The translations under genes were made by a program, and so were the position numbers. The notes under the pieces are model-generated. The model made no database searches. It had not been told where the DNA came from and was given only the letters and a program-made list of their open reading frames with translations. A stretch of 64,000 nucleotides of DNA from Alphaproteobacteria bacterium. GTDB lineage: Bacteria; Pseudomonadota; Alphaproteobacteria; GCA-2731375. Of this stretch, positions 22,900-33,109 are shown piece by piece (positions within the stretch are counted from its first letter, which is position 1; every line of letters begins with the position of its first letter). Where the stretch lies: contig CBDDBZ010000038.1 of the NCBI GenBank assembly GCA_965225945.1, positions 96,001 through 160,000 on the forward strand, read 5' to 3'.

Positions 22900-23163
22900 C
22901 GTTCCGTCCCCCGATGTTAAGTACGTGACGTGAATTAAACTCCGGTTCGGTTTTCAGAACAATCAAGAATTAGCCGGATCGCCTCCTCAATGCGCCTGCG
23001 CCGGCCCTTGCCTGCAGTCCAAGGAGACACACTACATATAGTGGGTGTGGGTGATAACCGGATAGGCAAGGACTGATCAACGGCGTTCCGAATTTCCACA
23101 CATCAGGTTGCTCAATCGGTGATCGACAGCATTAGGTGACAGTGCACTTAATGTCAGATTGCA

Positions 23164-23470
23164 CAGTACACGACTCGTTCATGCTGGCTTTGGCCTGGGC
23201 ACCTGGACTGGTGGTTTTCCGGGGACGAGGAAACGAATCAGCTCAATGGCTTGACGCCTGTCGATAGGATTGACGAGCTGTCGCCTTATCCACTCGAAAC
23301 CGTATCGGAAGATGGATTTTGCCATCCTTTTGTGGGTTTTGAGGCGGATCGGCTCGGCCTCGTGGAGCCAATCGCCGACTTTGTGCGCCCAGCAGAAGGT
23401 GATGGAAAGGACGGCGGTGAGCTTGGAGATGCGCTCCGGGTCGGTCATGTGGGTGTCTTCGAGGTTGAAG
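23164..23470 (-). pseudogene. 3' fragment of an IS4-family (IS10/ISAba1-like) transposase with its right end
   Basis: FNLEDTHMTDPERISKL...FCWAHKVGDW...KSIFRYG; cagtacacgac end motif. Confidence 0.8.
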
Positions 23471-23471
23471 C

Positions 23472-24226
23472 CTTGCCTATCCGGTTATCACCCACACCCA
23501 CTATATGTAGTGTGTCTCCTTGGACTGCAGGCGAGGGCCGGCGCAGGCGCATTGAGGAGGCGATCCGGCTAATTCTTGATTGTTCTGAAAACCGAACCGG
23601 AGTTTAATTCACGTCACGTACTTAACATCGGGGGACGGAACGGTGGCGACCAAGGGAAAAACGAAGAAACCCACGGCCAGACGGGAAGCTGCTGATGAAA
23701 CGACATCGTCTGAGCGATTGACGGCACTAGTCGAAGAAAGCGACGCGCTGGCACGAATCGTTGCGAAGAACCCGTCCGCGCCTGTTAGTCTCCTGCGCGT
23801 TTTGAGTCGCAGCGAAGACGAAGCGACACGCAAGAACGTGATCCTCAATCCGTTTACTTCATATGACGTATTGAGCGAACTTGAAAACCAGTTCACAGAG
23901 CTATTTGTGAATAATCCGGCACTCGAATCCTACAATTCAATGAAGCTCTGATTTCCTGGAATATTCCATCGGTGTCGTTCACCTCCGATTTCAGATAAAT
24001 TTCAATGAAGTGACGGTCCTTTATGCAACGTGGCGTTTTGCCAAATCCGACTCAATGATTAGGATTTCCACCACGCTAAAGTGTCGCCTAAAAGGCGCTA
24101 CAATGCCGTCCGAGTCCCTGCTCGGCATCGCCGGAGATATCTCCGCTTCGACCTGCACCGAGCTTTACTCAGGAAAATGGGTGCACACTACATATAGTGG
24201 GTGTGGGTGATAACCGGATAGGCAAG
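23472..24226 (+). mobile_element. Putative non-autonomous cassette with 43-bp terminal inverted repeats
   Basis: 23472-23514 is the exact reverse complement of 24184-24226; third copy of the repeat at 23028-23070. Confidence 0.65.
23643..23951 (+). CDS. Small LRV/HEAT-like protein, copy B
   Basis: Identical translation to 22591-22899. Confidence 0.65.
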   Translation: MATKGKTKKPTARREAADETTSSERLTALVEESDALARIVAKNPSAPVSLLRVLSRSEDEATRKNVILNPFTSYDVLSELENQFTELFVNNPALESYNSMKL

Positions 24227-24240
24227 CAAAAAAGCAGAAG

Positions 24241-27200
24241 TCAGGCCAGTTCGTCAAGTAGCGCCTTCGCGTCCTTGAGGTCCGGCGTGTCAAAGCCTTC
24301 GGTGAACCAGTTGTAAATCGGCGCGAGGAGTTCTCGGGCTTGGTCGGATTTGCCCTGACTGAGCCTGAGCCGCGCCAGGTCGCACGCGGCCCTGAGTTGG
24401 AATAGGCGCGAGGTCTGCTGCTTGGCCACTGCCATTGCCTGGCAGAAGTCTACTTCGGCCTCAGAACTAGCCTCCTCTTGGGCCATCGACAGTCGCACCA
24501 GTGCCCGAACTCGATAGAGTTCCGGTTCGTACCACCTGATTCCTGTCACCTCGACGCTGTGCAGAGCTTCTGAAAGGCTCTCCAACGCCTCTGTGGCTCT
24601 TCCGAGGCCTAAGAGCGCCTGCGCACGCAAGACTAAATAGGCGGGGCGATTAAAAAGCGTTCGCCTCGCCTCCATGCTGCGTTCGCCCTCATCCAAGAAC
24701 CGAAGGGCCTCATTATCCTCACCCCCGCTTTGAACCAGTATGGCCCCAAGATGGAAACGCCCGAAGGCCGAATAGAGAGACACCTGGTGCTCGTCGGCAT
24801 ATGAGATCAAATGCTCGGAGGCCCGGCGTCCTCCCTCGATCGTTCGTTGGAGCGTATGCATCCATGACAGCCACATATAGGCGTAACAAGTCGTCGTCAG
24901 ATGGCCGATCTCGTCGCTCAGGGTGATCGCCTGGTGGGCGTTCGTCTGCGCGCGGTCGGCGTAACCTAAGAAGCAGTTCGCAATTGCTTGATGGCAAGGT
25001 GCCGCCACCCCCGCATCATGCCCGTACCGAAGAGCGGAGTCGCGATGCGCCTCCTGATCGTAATACGCCTCCGACTTCGACCCATGCTCAAGCGCCTCAC
25101 CAAAACCCGCCATAAAGTTCAAGATCGCTGCAATGGCTCGATGCGCGATGCACAGGGCTTCCGGATCACCGTATCCTTTAGCCCACTCGAGAAGTTCTTC
25201 GGCGTATGCGAGCGCTCGCACCGCCTCTCCCTTGTTAGCGCTGTCGAGAAAAAGACCGTGTAACACCGAGGCGTGCCGACTGTCGATCGGCAGCAACGGC
25301 AACAGGTCCCGCGCCTTCAAATACGCCTGCTCGGTCACGTCGGCCGCGTAGCCTTCGGCAGCTATGTACGCGCTCGCCTTGGCGATCTGCAGATCGAGTT
25401 CCAGGCTGCTACCTTGCGTTCCGGCGACCATGGCCTCCACCACCTCAAGTCCTCGATTGAAGTGTGCAATGGCCTCGCGGCTGGCCGCGCGGGCGATGGC
25501 TAGGAGTCCGGCTGCAAGCCAGGACCGGGCAGCGGGTTCATGCTCATCCGCCTCAGTGTAGTGGTGGGCCACCAGCTCCGGCTGGGCCTGGACGGTCTCC
25601 GGGAACCGCGCCTCGATGAGCTCGGCGACCTGGCGGTGATAGTACTGCCGCGTGCGCTTCAGGAGCGACTGATAGGCGGCGTCCTGGACCAGGGCGTGCT
25701 TGAAGATGTACTTGGCCCGCGGCGGCCGCCCCCGCTGATAGAGGAGCTCGGCGTCGACCAGCTGGGCCAAGCCCTCTTGCAAGGTCGTCTCCTCGATCGA
25801 AACGATGGCTTGCACCATCTCGTAGGCGAACTCCCGTCCCAGCACGGCGCCGAGCTGGGCCACCTCGCGTATCGCCGGCAGCCGGTCCAGCCGCGCCATC
25901 AGCGAGTCCTGCAAGGTGGCCGGGATGGTGACCTCCGACAGTTGGCGGGCGAGCTCCCAGCTGCCGTTCCGTTCGCGCAGGAAGTCCGCCTCCAGGATCG
26001 TCTTGGTCAGCTCCTCGACGAAGAGCGGCACCCCATCGGTCTTGCCGACGATGTGCTCGACGACCTCCTCGGGCAGCGCTTTGCCGCCGGCCTGCAGCGT
26101 GATCAGCGCCTCCACCTCGGGCCGCTCCAGGCGGTTCAGCGTCAGCGTCGTCATGTGCGAGCGCTGCGGCCAGGGTGGCTGGAACTCGGGGCGAAAGGTG
26201 AGCACGTTGAGGATCGGCGCGGTCGGCGCCTGCTCAATCTCCAGCGCCAGAAGCTCCAGCGTCGAAGGGTCGGCCCAGTGCAAGTCCTCCCACACTTGCA
26301 GCACCGGTTGGCGCTCGGCCTCCTCCAGCAACCAAGCCACGGTCGCGTCGAGGGTCTGCTGCTTTTGCTGCTGCGGGGTCACTTTTAAAGGCGGATATCG
26401 ATCGTCCGGCAGCGGCAGAGACAGCAGCGCGGTAAACAGCGGGATCACCTCGTCCAGCGGCAGGCTGAAGTCTCGGAGAGCCTCTTCCAACTTGGCTAGC
26501 TTGACGTCGGCACTATCTTCGCGCTGCCACCGTAGAACGCGCTCCAAGTGAACGATCAGGGGAAAGAGCGCGCTGTTGGTATGATATGGCGAGCAGCCGA
26601 GCGTGATCTGGGTATAGCCCTGATGGCTGAGCTCTGCGTTCAATGCGTCCACCAGCCGCGATTTGCCGATGCCGGGCTCGCCGCTGATCAGGACGACTTG
26701 CCCGAGTCCTGATTTGCTCTGTTGCCAGGCGCGCCGGAGCAGGCCAAGCTCGTGCTCACGCCCGACAAATTGGGTAAGCACGCCCGGGTGTGCCGCCTCG
26801 AACCGGGTCTCCGCGGTGCTCTCGCCGATCACGCGCCAGGCCGCAACCGGGTCGGCAAACCCCTTGAGTTGATGGGTCCCGATGTCCTCGAGGTCGAGGG
26901 CTTCGCCGATCAGGAGCCGAGTGGTGGAGCCGATCACCACCTGCCCTGGCGACGCCACTGCCTGCAGACGGGCCGCCAGATTCGGCGTCTCCCCGGTGAT
27001 CGCATCCTCTTCGGTCGCGGCCTCGCCAACAATGTCCCCGATCACCACCTGTCCGGTGGCGATGCCGACCCGCGCCTCAAGCGTCTGGTCGTCCTCGGTC
27101 TTCAGGTCGGCTACCGCCGCAACGGCGGCCAGGCCTGACCGCACGGCCCGCTCCGCTTGGTCCTCATAGGCTTGCGGCCAGCCGAAGAAGGCGAGCACCC

Positions 27201-27612
27201 CGTCGCCGAGAAACTTGGCGACATGACCCTCGAAACGCGCCACTACCCCGGCCACGGCGTCCTGGTAGCGGCTCATCACCTCGCGCAGGTCCTCCGGGTC
27301 GAGCCGGCGCGACAGGGCAGTGGAACCGACGAGGTCGCAGAACATCACCGTCAGCTGCCGGCGCTCGGCCTCTGGCGCTGCCCGGGCCGGTGGGGCGGCC
27401 TCCGTCGCCTCAGATTGCTCCTCAACTTCGGCCGACAGCGCAGCAATTGCTTTCAGTAATTTCTTGCGCGGTCCCAACGGGATGCCGATCTTTTCAAGAT
27501 CGGGTTCCGCAAGCTCCGGCAAGACTTCGAAATCGACCTCGTGCTCGTTGAACGCGTCCGCGTACTTGCCGAGGCCCAAATCATCCAACCATGTGGCGAT
27601 GTCGCTCGTCAT
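24241..27612 (-). CDS. SAM domain + class III adenylate/guanylate cyclase + STAND AAA ATPase + TPR protein
   Basis: WLDDLGLGKY..LGPRKKLL (SAM), RRQLTVMFCDLVGST/FLGDGV (cyclase), GEPGIGKSRL (P-loop), WFTEGFDTPDL terminus. Confidence 0.93.
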   Translation of the reverse strand: MTSDIATWLDDLGLGKYADAFNEHEVDFEVLPELAEPDLEKIGIPLGPRKKLLKAIAALSAEVEEQSEATEAAPPARAAPEAERRQLTVMFCDLVGSTALSRRLDPEDLREVMSRYQDAVAGVVARFEGHVAKFLGDGVLAFFGWPQAYEDQAERAVRSGLAAVAAVADLKTEDDQTLEARVGIATGQVVIGDIVGEAATEEDAITGETPNLAARLQAVASPGQVVIGSTTRLLIGEALDLEDIGTHQLKGFADPVAAWRVIGESTAETRFEAAHPGVLTQFVGREHELGLLRRAWQQSKSGLGQVVLISGEPGIGKSRLVDALNAELSHQGYTQITLGCSPYHTNSALFPLIVHLERVLRWQREDSADVKLAKLEEALRDFSLPLDEVIPLFTALLSLPLPDDRYPPLKVTPQQQKQQTLDATVAWLLEEAERQPVLQVWEDLHWADPSTLELLALEIEQAPTAPILNVLTFRPEFQPPWPQRSHMTTLTLNRLERPEVEALITLQAGGKALPEEVVEHIVGKTDGVPLFVEELTKTILEADFLRERNGSWELARQLSEVTIPATLQDSLMARLDRLPAIREVAQLGAVLGREFAYEMVQAIVSIEETTLQEGLAQLVDAELLYQRGRPPRAKYIFKHALVQDAAYQSLLKRTRQYYHRQVAELIEARFPETVQAQPELVAHHYTEADEHEPAARSWLAAGLLAIARAASREAIAHFNRGLEVVEAMVAGTQGSSLELDLQIAKASAYIAAEGYAADVTEQAYLKARDLLPLLPIDSRHASVLHGLFLDSANKGEAVRALAYAEELLEWAKGYGDPEALCIAHRAIAAILNFMAGFGEALEHGSKSEAYYDQEAHRDSALRYGHDAGVAAPCHQAIANCFLGYADRAQTNAHQAITLSDEIGHLTTTCYAYMWLSWMHTLQRTIEGGRRASEHLISYADEHQVSLYSAFGRFHLGAILVQSGGEDNEALRFLDEGERSMEARRTLFNRPAYLVLRAQALLGLGRATEALESLSEALHSVEVTGIRWYEPELYRVRALVRLSMAQEEASSEAEVDFCQAMAVAKQQTSRLFQLRAACDLARLRLSQGKSDQARELLAPIYNWFTEGFDTPDLKDAKALLDELA

Positions 27613-27846
27613 CCCCGCCTCGATCAAACCGGTGACGATGGTAACCTTAGGCGCTTTCGCCCACACGATCTATTGGTATGGGCCGAGATCCCCAGCTAAG
27701 GGCCGACTTCCGCAGTGGGTCAAAGAACGAAACCGCTTTCAGCGGTAGTTCGTGGTGCCGGGCGGTGAGGTCGGTGGCGTAACGGATGGGTCGATCCTGT
27801 GTTGAGGTTTGGAGTTCCGAAGCTCACGCAACACGGGAGCAGACCC

Positions 27847-28746
27847 ATGACCGATAGTGACAAGACCATCAGCCCGCTGCGCCAGCGCATGATCGACGAC
27901 ATGGTGCTTCGCGGCTTCAGTGCCAACACGCAGCGCGGCTACATCAGTGCGGTGGCCGGCTTTTCCGACTTTCTCGCACGCTCTCCGGATCGGGCGGAGG
28001 CGGAGGATCTCAGGCGCTATCAAGTGCATATGCGCAAAGCAGGCGCATCGGCGACGACGATGAACGCGGCGGTCTCGGCATTGCGGTTCTTCTTCGGCGT
28101 CACGCTCGGCCGAGGCGACGCCGAGATCGGCATGACGACGGTGGCAATGCCGCGCAAGCTGCCGGTGATCCTGAGCGTCGAGGAAATGGCGCGGCTTCTC
28201 GATGCCGCCCCCGGTCCCAAATACAAGGCGGCCTTTTCGCTGGCCTATGGCGCCGGCCTGCGCGCTTCGGAGGTGGTCCATCTCAAGGTCCCGGACATCG
28301 ACAGCAACCGCAAGACGCTTCGCATCGAGCAAGGTAAGGGCCGCCGAGATCGCTACGCCATGCTCTCGGATCGCGCCGTCGAGCAGCTCAGGGTCTGGTG
28401 GTTGCTTGGCCGCGCCCGCGGCGTGATGCTGCCCGGCGGTTGGCTGTTTCCAGGCCAGAACCCGGTCAACCCGTTGACCACCCGCCAGCTCCGTCGCGCC
28501 CTCGATGGCGCCAAGGCGGGGGCGGGGATCGAGAAGCGGATCTCGCTTCACACGCTGCGCCACTGCTTCGCCACCCATCTCCTCGAACAGGGCGTCGACA
28601 TCCGCGTGATCCAGGTTCTACTGGGGCACAAGAAGCTGGAGACCACGGCTCACTACACCCAGGTCGCCAGCACCACCTTGCGGCGCGCCAAGAGCCCACT
28701 GGACCTGCTCGAGCCGCCGACGCCCAAGACCAAGCCGCCGAAGTGA
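27847..28746 (+). CDS. Tyrosine recombinase of the IS91-like element, copy 2
   Basis: Identical translation to 19513-20412. Confidence 0.93.
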   Translation: MTDSDKTISPLRQRMIDDMVLRGFSANTQRGYISAVAGFSDFLARSPDRAEAEDLRRYQVHMRKAGASATTMNAAVSALRFFFGVTLGRGDAEIGMTTVAMPRKLPVILSVEEMARLLDAAPGPKYKAAFSLAYGAGLRASEVVHLKVPDIDSNRKTLRIEQGKGRRDRYAMLSDRAVEQLRVWWLLGRARGVMLPGGWLFPGQNPVNPLTTRQLRRALDGAKAGAGIEKRISLHTLRHCFATHLLEQGVDIRVIQVLLGHKKLETTAHYTQVASTTLRRAKSPLDLLEPPTPKTKPPK

Positions 28747-28759
28747 GCCGGCGGCCTCG

Positions 28760-31012
28760 GTGCCGCGTCCCGCGCTCGAGGTCCAGGACATCTTCCGCGA
28801 CCACGGGCCCGGCTTCCGTCGGGCCCGGGCCGGTCGTCTGAGCCTCGGCCAACTGAAGGTCATGTCGGCGATCGAGTGTTGCCGCACCGCCGCGCTCGGC
28901 GGTCATGTCGCGGCCTGCGAGGACTGCGGGCAGAACCACATCGCCTACAATTCCTGTCGCAACCGCCATTGTCCCAAATGCCAAGGCCAGGTCGCGCGCG
29001 AATGGCTGGCGGCGCGAGAGGCCGAACTGCTCTCCGTCCCCTACTACCATCTCGTCTTCACCCTGCCAGCGGCGATCGCCGACATCGCCTATCAGAACAA
29101 GTCGGTGATCTACGATATCCTGTTCAAGGCGAGCGCCGAGACCATGCTCACCATCGCCGCCGATCCCAAGCATCTCGGCGCCAAGATCGGCATCACCGCC
29201 GTGCTCCACACCTGGGGCTCGGCCATGACCCACCATCCCCACATCCACATGATCGTGCCGGGTGGCGGAATCTCACCTGACGGTAGCAGTTGGATCTCTT
29301 GCCGGCCCGGCTTCTTCCTGCCCGTCCGCGTGCTCTCGCGCCTCTTCCGCCGCCTCTTCATCGAGAAGCTCCTCGCCGCCCACGAGGCAGGGCGCCTGAA
29401 GTTCTTCACCGACCACACCAGCCTCGCCGAGCCGGCGGCCTTCCGTGTCTTCCTCGCACCGATGCGCAAACAAGAACCTGATTACGCACTAACCTCAGCC
29501 AACTTCAGGAGCCGATATGGCATGGGCGGCGTGCGCAGGGCATCGCGGCCGAGGGCTTCGATCATGTCGGCGAGCCGGTAGCGGCGGTTGTATCGGTACT
29601 GGAACGCCGCCAGTTAGCGCGGCACATGCTTGGGTCGGATCGCATGGTAGGTACCGCGCAGGGTGTTTTTGAGGTTGCCGAGGGTGGTGTTGACCCATTT
29701 GAAGGCGGGCACGGCGACGGCCCCGGGTCCGGAGCCAGTGGGTATCGGATGGTGCGCACAGCCTTGCGCGGTGACCGCGGTGAAGCAGCCGAGCCCATCG
29801 CTGACAACCGTCGCCAGCGGGCTCAGGTCGCGCTTGGCCATCTTGGCGATCTCGCTCTTGCGGAAGCCCTTGACGCGGCGGAGCTTGATGCGCACGGGCT
29901 GGCCCTCCGCCGTGGTCTGGACGGCGGCGACGAACGGTGTCTTGCCCGGCGCGCCTCGGCCGCGCTTGGCCCCGGAACGCCGGCCGCCGAGGTAGGCATC
30001 GTCCATCTCCACCCGCCCGGTGAGCGGCAATTTGGCATCGCGCTCGAGCATGGACTGCATCAGTTTCTGCTTGATCTTCCAGGCCGTGGTCTGGGTGACG
30101 CCGAGCCGCCGGCCGAGTTCGAGGGAGGAGATCCCTTTCTTCGATTGGGTCATGTGATAGATCGCCGAGAACCACAGGGTCAGCGCCAGCTTGGTCGCGT
30201 GGAAGAGCGTGCCGGCGGTCAGCGAGACTTGATGACGGCAGGCGGCGCATTGGTAGAGTTTTCGCCCGGCGATCTCGCAATGGCGCGTGGCGCCACATCG
30301 GGGGCAGGCGAACCCCTCCGGCCAGCGCCAGCGGAAAAGGGCCTCGCGACACTGCTCCTCGGTACCGTACAACTCACGAAAACGCGGCTCGCTGAGCCCC
30401 TTCTGGAACTGAACCTTGTTGCGTGGCATTGTGAACCTCCAGAAAAACCGCCATTTGTTCACGGTTTGTACCACATCAATCCGGCTGAGTAAAGTGCGTA
30501 ATCAGGAACAAGAATGGGTCGTCTACGCCAAGCCGCCCTTCGGCGGACCAGAGGCCGTGCTCGCCTATCTCTCCCGCTACACCCACCGTGTCGCCATCTC
30601 GAACAGCCGCCTGGTCAGCTGCGACAGCCAAGGCGTCATCTTCAAGTACAAGGACTACCGGCGCAAAGGACGCGAGCGCTACAAGACCTTGCCCCTGGCC
30701 GTGCCCGAGTTCATCCGCCGCTTCCTCCTCCATGTCCTGCCCTCGGGCTTTCACCGCATCCGCCATTACGGCCTCTTCGCCAACGGCGGTCGCACCCGCA
30801 ACATCTCCCTTGCCCGCGAACTGCTTGCCATGCCGGCACCGGAGAGTGAGGCCGACGATGCCGCGAGTGACGATGATACCGAACCGCCGTCCCTCTCAGA
30901 GCCCTGCCCGCAGTGCGGCGGCCGTATGATCGTCATCGAGCGCTTCGAGGCCGGCGCCCAACCACGCGCCCCGCCCCGTGCACGGCCCCTGGCCAGGGCC
31001 ACGGCAGCATGA
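28760..31012 (+). pseudogene. IS91-family transposase split by IS1595
   Basis: N-part ends MRKQE at 29476 and resumes QEWVVYAK at ~30507. Confidence 0.92.
29477..30506 (-). mobile_element. IS1595 family element (1030 bp); transposase 30429-29482 has an in-frame TAA at 29614-29616
   Basis: IRs CCTGATTACGCACT..CTCAGCC; 8-bp target duplication AACAAGAA (29469-29476, 30507-30514); EMDDAYLGG motif. Confidence 0.95.
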
Positions 31013-31524
31013 CCGACACCGCTTCGAATAACGCTATTGCCGCCGCTCACCCGCGGCCACGATCCCGCTCGCCGCAACACCATCGAGCGCGCAGGGAACC
31101 ACCTGCGAGACCCGCCGGCATCGACCCGAAGTCGCCATCAAACCACCCTGCCGGTGTCGTCGCCAATCAGATCCGAGCCATCCAGCAGCGCCGGCCACCC
31201 GAGAAAGCTGGCCCGCCGCTCGCAAATCCCCATAGACCGAGCGTGCCGCACCGCCGAGCCTAGTCCTGCCCGCGGTTTCCTCCCTTGAGCGTTGTCCGAC
31301 ACCTGCCGATCCAGTCCGCCGGATGCAACCCCTGCGCCTCGGCAGGTGTCCGACAACGCTTAACAACAATTTCCTGTCAGCATTTGCTAATATCATGGAG
31401 AGTCTCAGGGCTACGACAGACATCGCGAGGCCACATCGGACATCGGGCACCAGGCCTCGGCCGGCCACGCGCCCACGCTCGCTCGCGCCGACATCGGGCG
31501 TGGCGGGCGACCTCGAAAGCTTGC

Positions 31525-33081
31525 TCAGGGCCGGAAGCCGAAGCGCGGTTTGCCCGGTTTCCTGAGCGGCGCCGCCAGATTGGCGAACTCGCACAAGAGC
31601 GGGCGGGTTTCGCGAGGATCGATGATCTCCTCGATCAAGAAACTCTCGGCGGTGCGGAACGGCGAGCGGTAACGGTCCAGCCGTTGCTCGATCTCGGCGA
31701 GCTTGGCGGCCGGATCGTCGGCCTCCGCCAACTCCGACTTGTAGGCCGCCTCCAGCCCGCCGGCGATCGGCAGCGAGCCCCAGTCACCCGAGGGCCAAGC
31801 GTAGCGCAGATTGAAGCGCGAGCTGTTCATGTGGGCCGCGCCGGCGACGCCGTAGACCTTGCGGACCAGCACCGCGCACCAGGGCACGGTGCATTGGAAG
31901 ATGGCCGCCATCGCCCTGACGCCGCGGCGGATTGTCGCCGCCTGCTCGGCCTCCCGTCCGATCAAAAAGCCCGGAATGTCCGCCAGATGCGCGATCGGCA
32001 GCTGGAAGGTCTCGGCCAAATCGACGAAACGCATCACCTTTTCGGAGGCGTCCGCCGTCCAGGCGCCGCCGTAGACGTAGGGATCGCTCGCCAGCACCGC
32101 CACCGGCCAGCCGTCGAGCCGGGCGAGCCGGGCGAGCCCGGTGATCACCGAGCGGCCCCAGCGCCGCCCGATCTCCAGGAAACTCCCCCGGTCGACCACG
32201 GCCTCGATGATGGGGCGCATCTTGTAGACCCGGCGGGGATCGCGCGGGATGGCGTCGATCAGCCAGTCCTCGCGGCGCTCGGGATCGTCCTCTACGAGAG
32301 CGCGCGGGGCCAACTCGTGGACCGAGGACGGCAGGTAGGAGAGAAAGCGCCGCGCCGCCTCGAAGGCGGCGTCCTCGCTCTCGACCTCGTCGTCGACGGC
32401 GCCGTTGCGGGTATGGATGTCGCTGCCGCCGAGATCGTTTTTCGAGATCTCCTCCGCGACCCGGGCGACCACGGGCGGGCCGGCGACGAACATCTGCGAG
32501 GTCTCCTTGACCATCACCGAATAGTGGCTGGCCGCGACCCGCGCGGCACCCAGCCCGGCGACCGAGCCCAGCGCCAAGGCCACCACCGGCACCGTCGAGA
32601 GGTTGTCCATCACCACGTCCCAGCCGCGCACCGCCGGCACGTAGGTCCGCCCCTCCATCTCGATGGTCTTGACCGAGCCGCCGCCACCGGTGCCGTCGAC
32701 CAGGCGCACCAACGGCAGGCGCAGCTCGTTCGCCATCCGCTCGACATGGATCAGCTTCTCCCGGATGCCGGCGTCGTTGGCCCCGCCGCGCACGGTGAAA
32801 TCATCGCCGGCGACGACGACCGGCCGGCCGTCCAGCCGGCCGCGCCCGGTCACCAGGTTGGCCGGGAGAAATTCGCTGAGCTCGCCCGATTCGTCATAGG
32901 AAGCCTTGCCGGCGAGCGCGCCCACCTCGTGAAAGCTTTCCCGATCGAGCAGCCGGTCGATCCGTTCACGGAAATCGAGCTTGCCGAGGTTATGGTGCCG
33001 GGCGAGCTTTTCCGTGCCCCCCATCTCGCGGGCCAGTGCCTCGCGGCGGCGCATCTCCTCGATTTCCGGTTGCCAGCTCAT
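31525..33081 (-). CDS. Acyl-CoA carboxylase carboxyltransferase subunit
   Basis: DDFTVRGG, MFVAGPPVV, DIPGFLIG, IIDPRETR. Confidence 0.92.
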   Translation of the reverse strand: MSWQPEIEEMRRREALAREMGGTEKLARHHNLGKLDFRERIDRLLDRESFHEVGALAGKASYDESGELSEFLPANLVTGRGRLDGRPVVVAGDDFTVRGGANDAGIREKLIHVERMANELRLPLVRLVDGTGGGGSVKTIEMEGRTYVPAVRGWDVVMDNLSTVPVVALALGSVAGLGAARVAASHYSVMVKETSQMFVAGPPVVARVAEEISKNDLGGSDIHTRNGAVDDEVESEDAAFEAARRFLSYLPSSVHELAPRALVEDDPERREDWLIDAIPRDPRRVYKMRPIIEAVVDRGSFLEIGRRWGRSVITGLARLARLDGWPVAVLASDPYVYGGAWTADASEKVMRFVDLAETFQLPIAHLADIPGFLIGREAEQAATIRRGVRAMAAIFQCTVPWCAVLVRKVYGVAGAAHMNSSRFNLRYAWPSGDWGSLPIAGGLEAAYKSELAEADDPAAKLAEIEQRLDRYRSPFRTAESFLIEEIIDPRETRPLLCEFANLAAPLRKPGKPRFGFRP

Positions 33082-33109
33082 TGCCGTCTCCTTCACCTGG
33101 CGCCGGGCC

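Larger units (their letters stand above)
22397..24145. repeat. 675-bp inverted duplication (22397-23071 / 23471-24145)
   Basis: Arms are reverse complements with one substitution noticed; identical ORFs on opposite strands. Confidence 0.9.
27721..31362 (+). mobile_element. IS91-like element, copy 2, transposase disrupted by IS1595
   Basis: Same sequence as copy 1 plus a 1030-bp insertion and 8-bp duplication. Confidence 0.92.

Noticed and set aside
29614-29616. Programmed readthrough in the IS1595 transposase
   Set aside because: TAA at an expected Tyr codon is most simply a nonsense mutation or base error.
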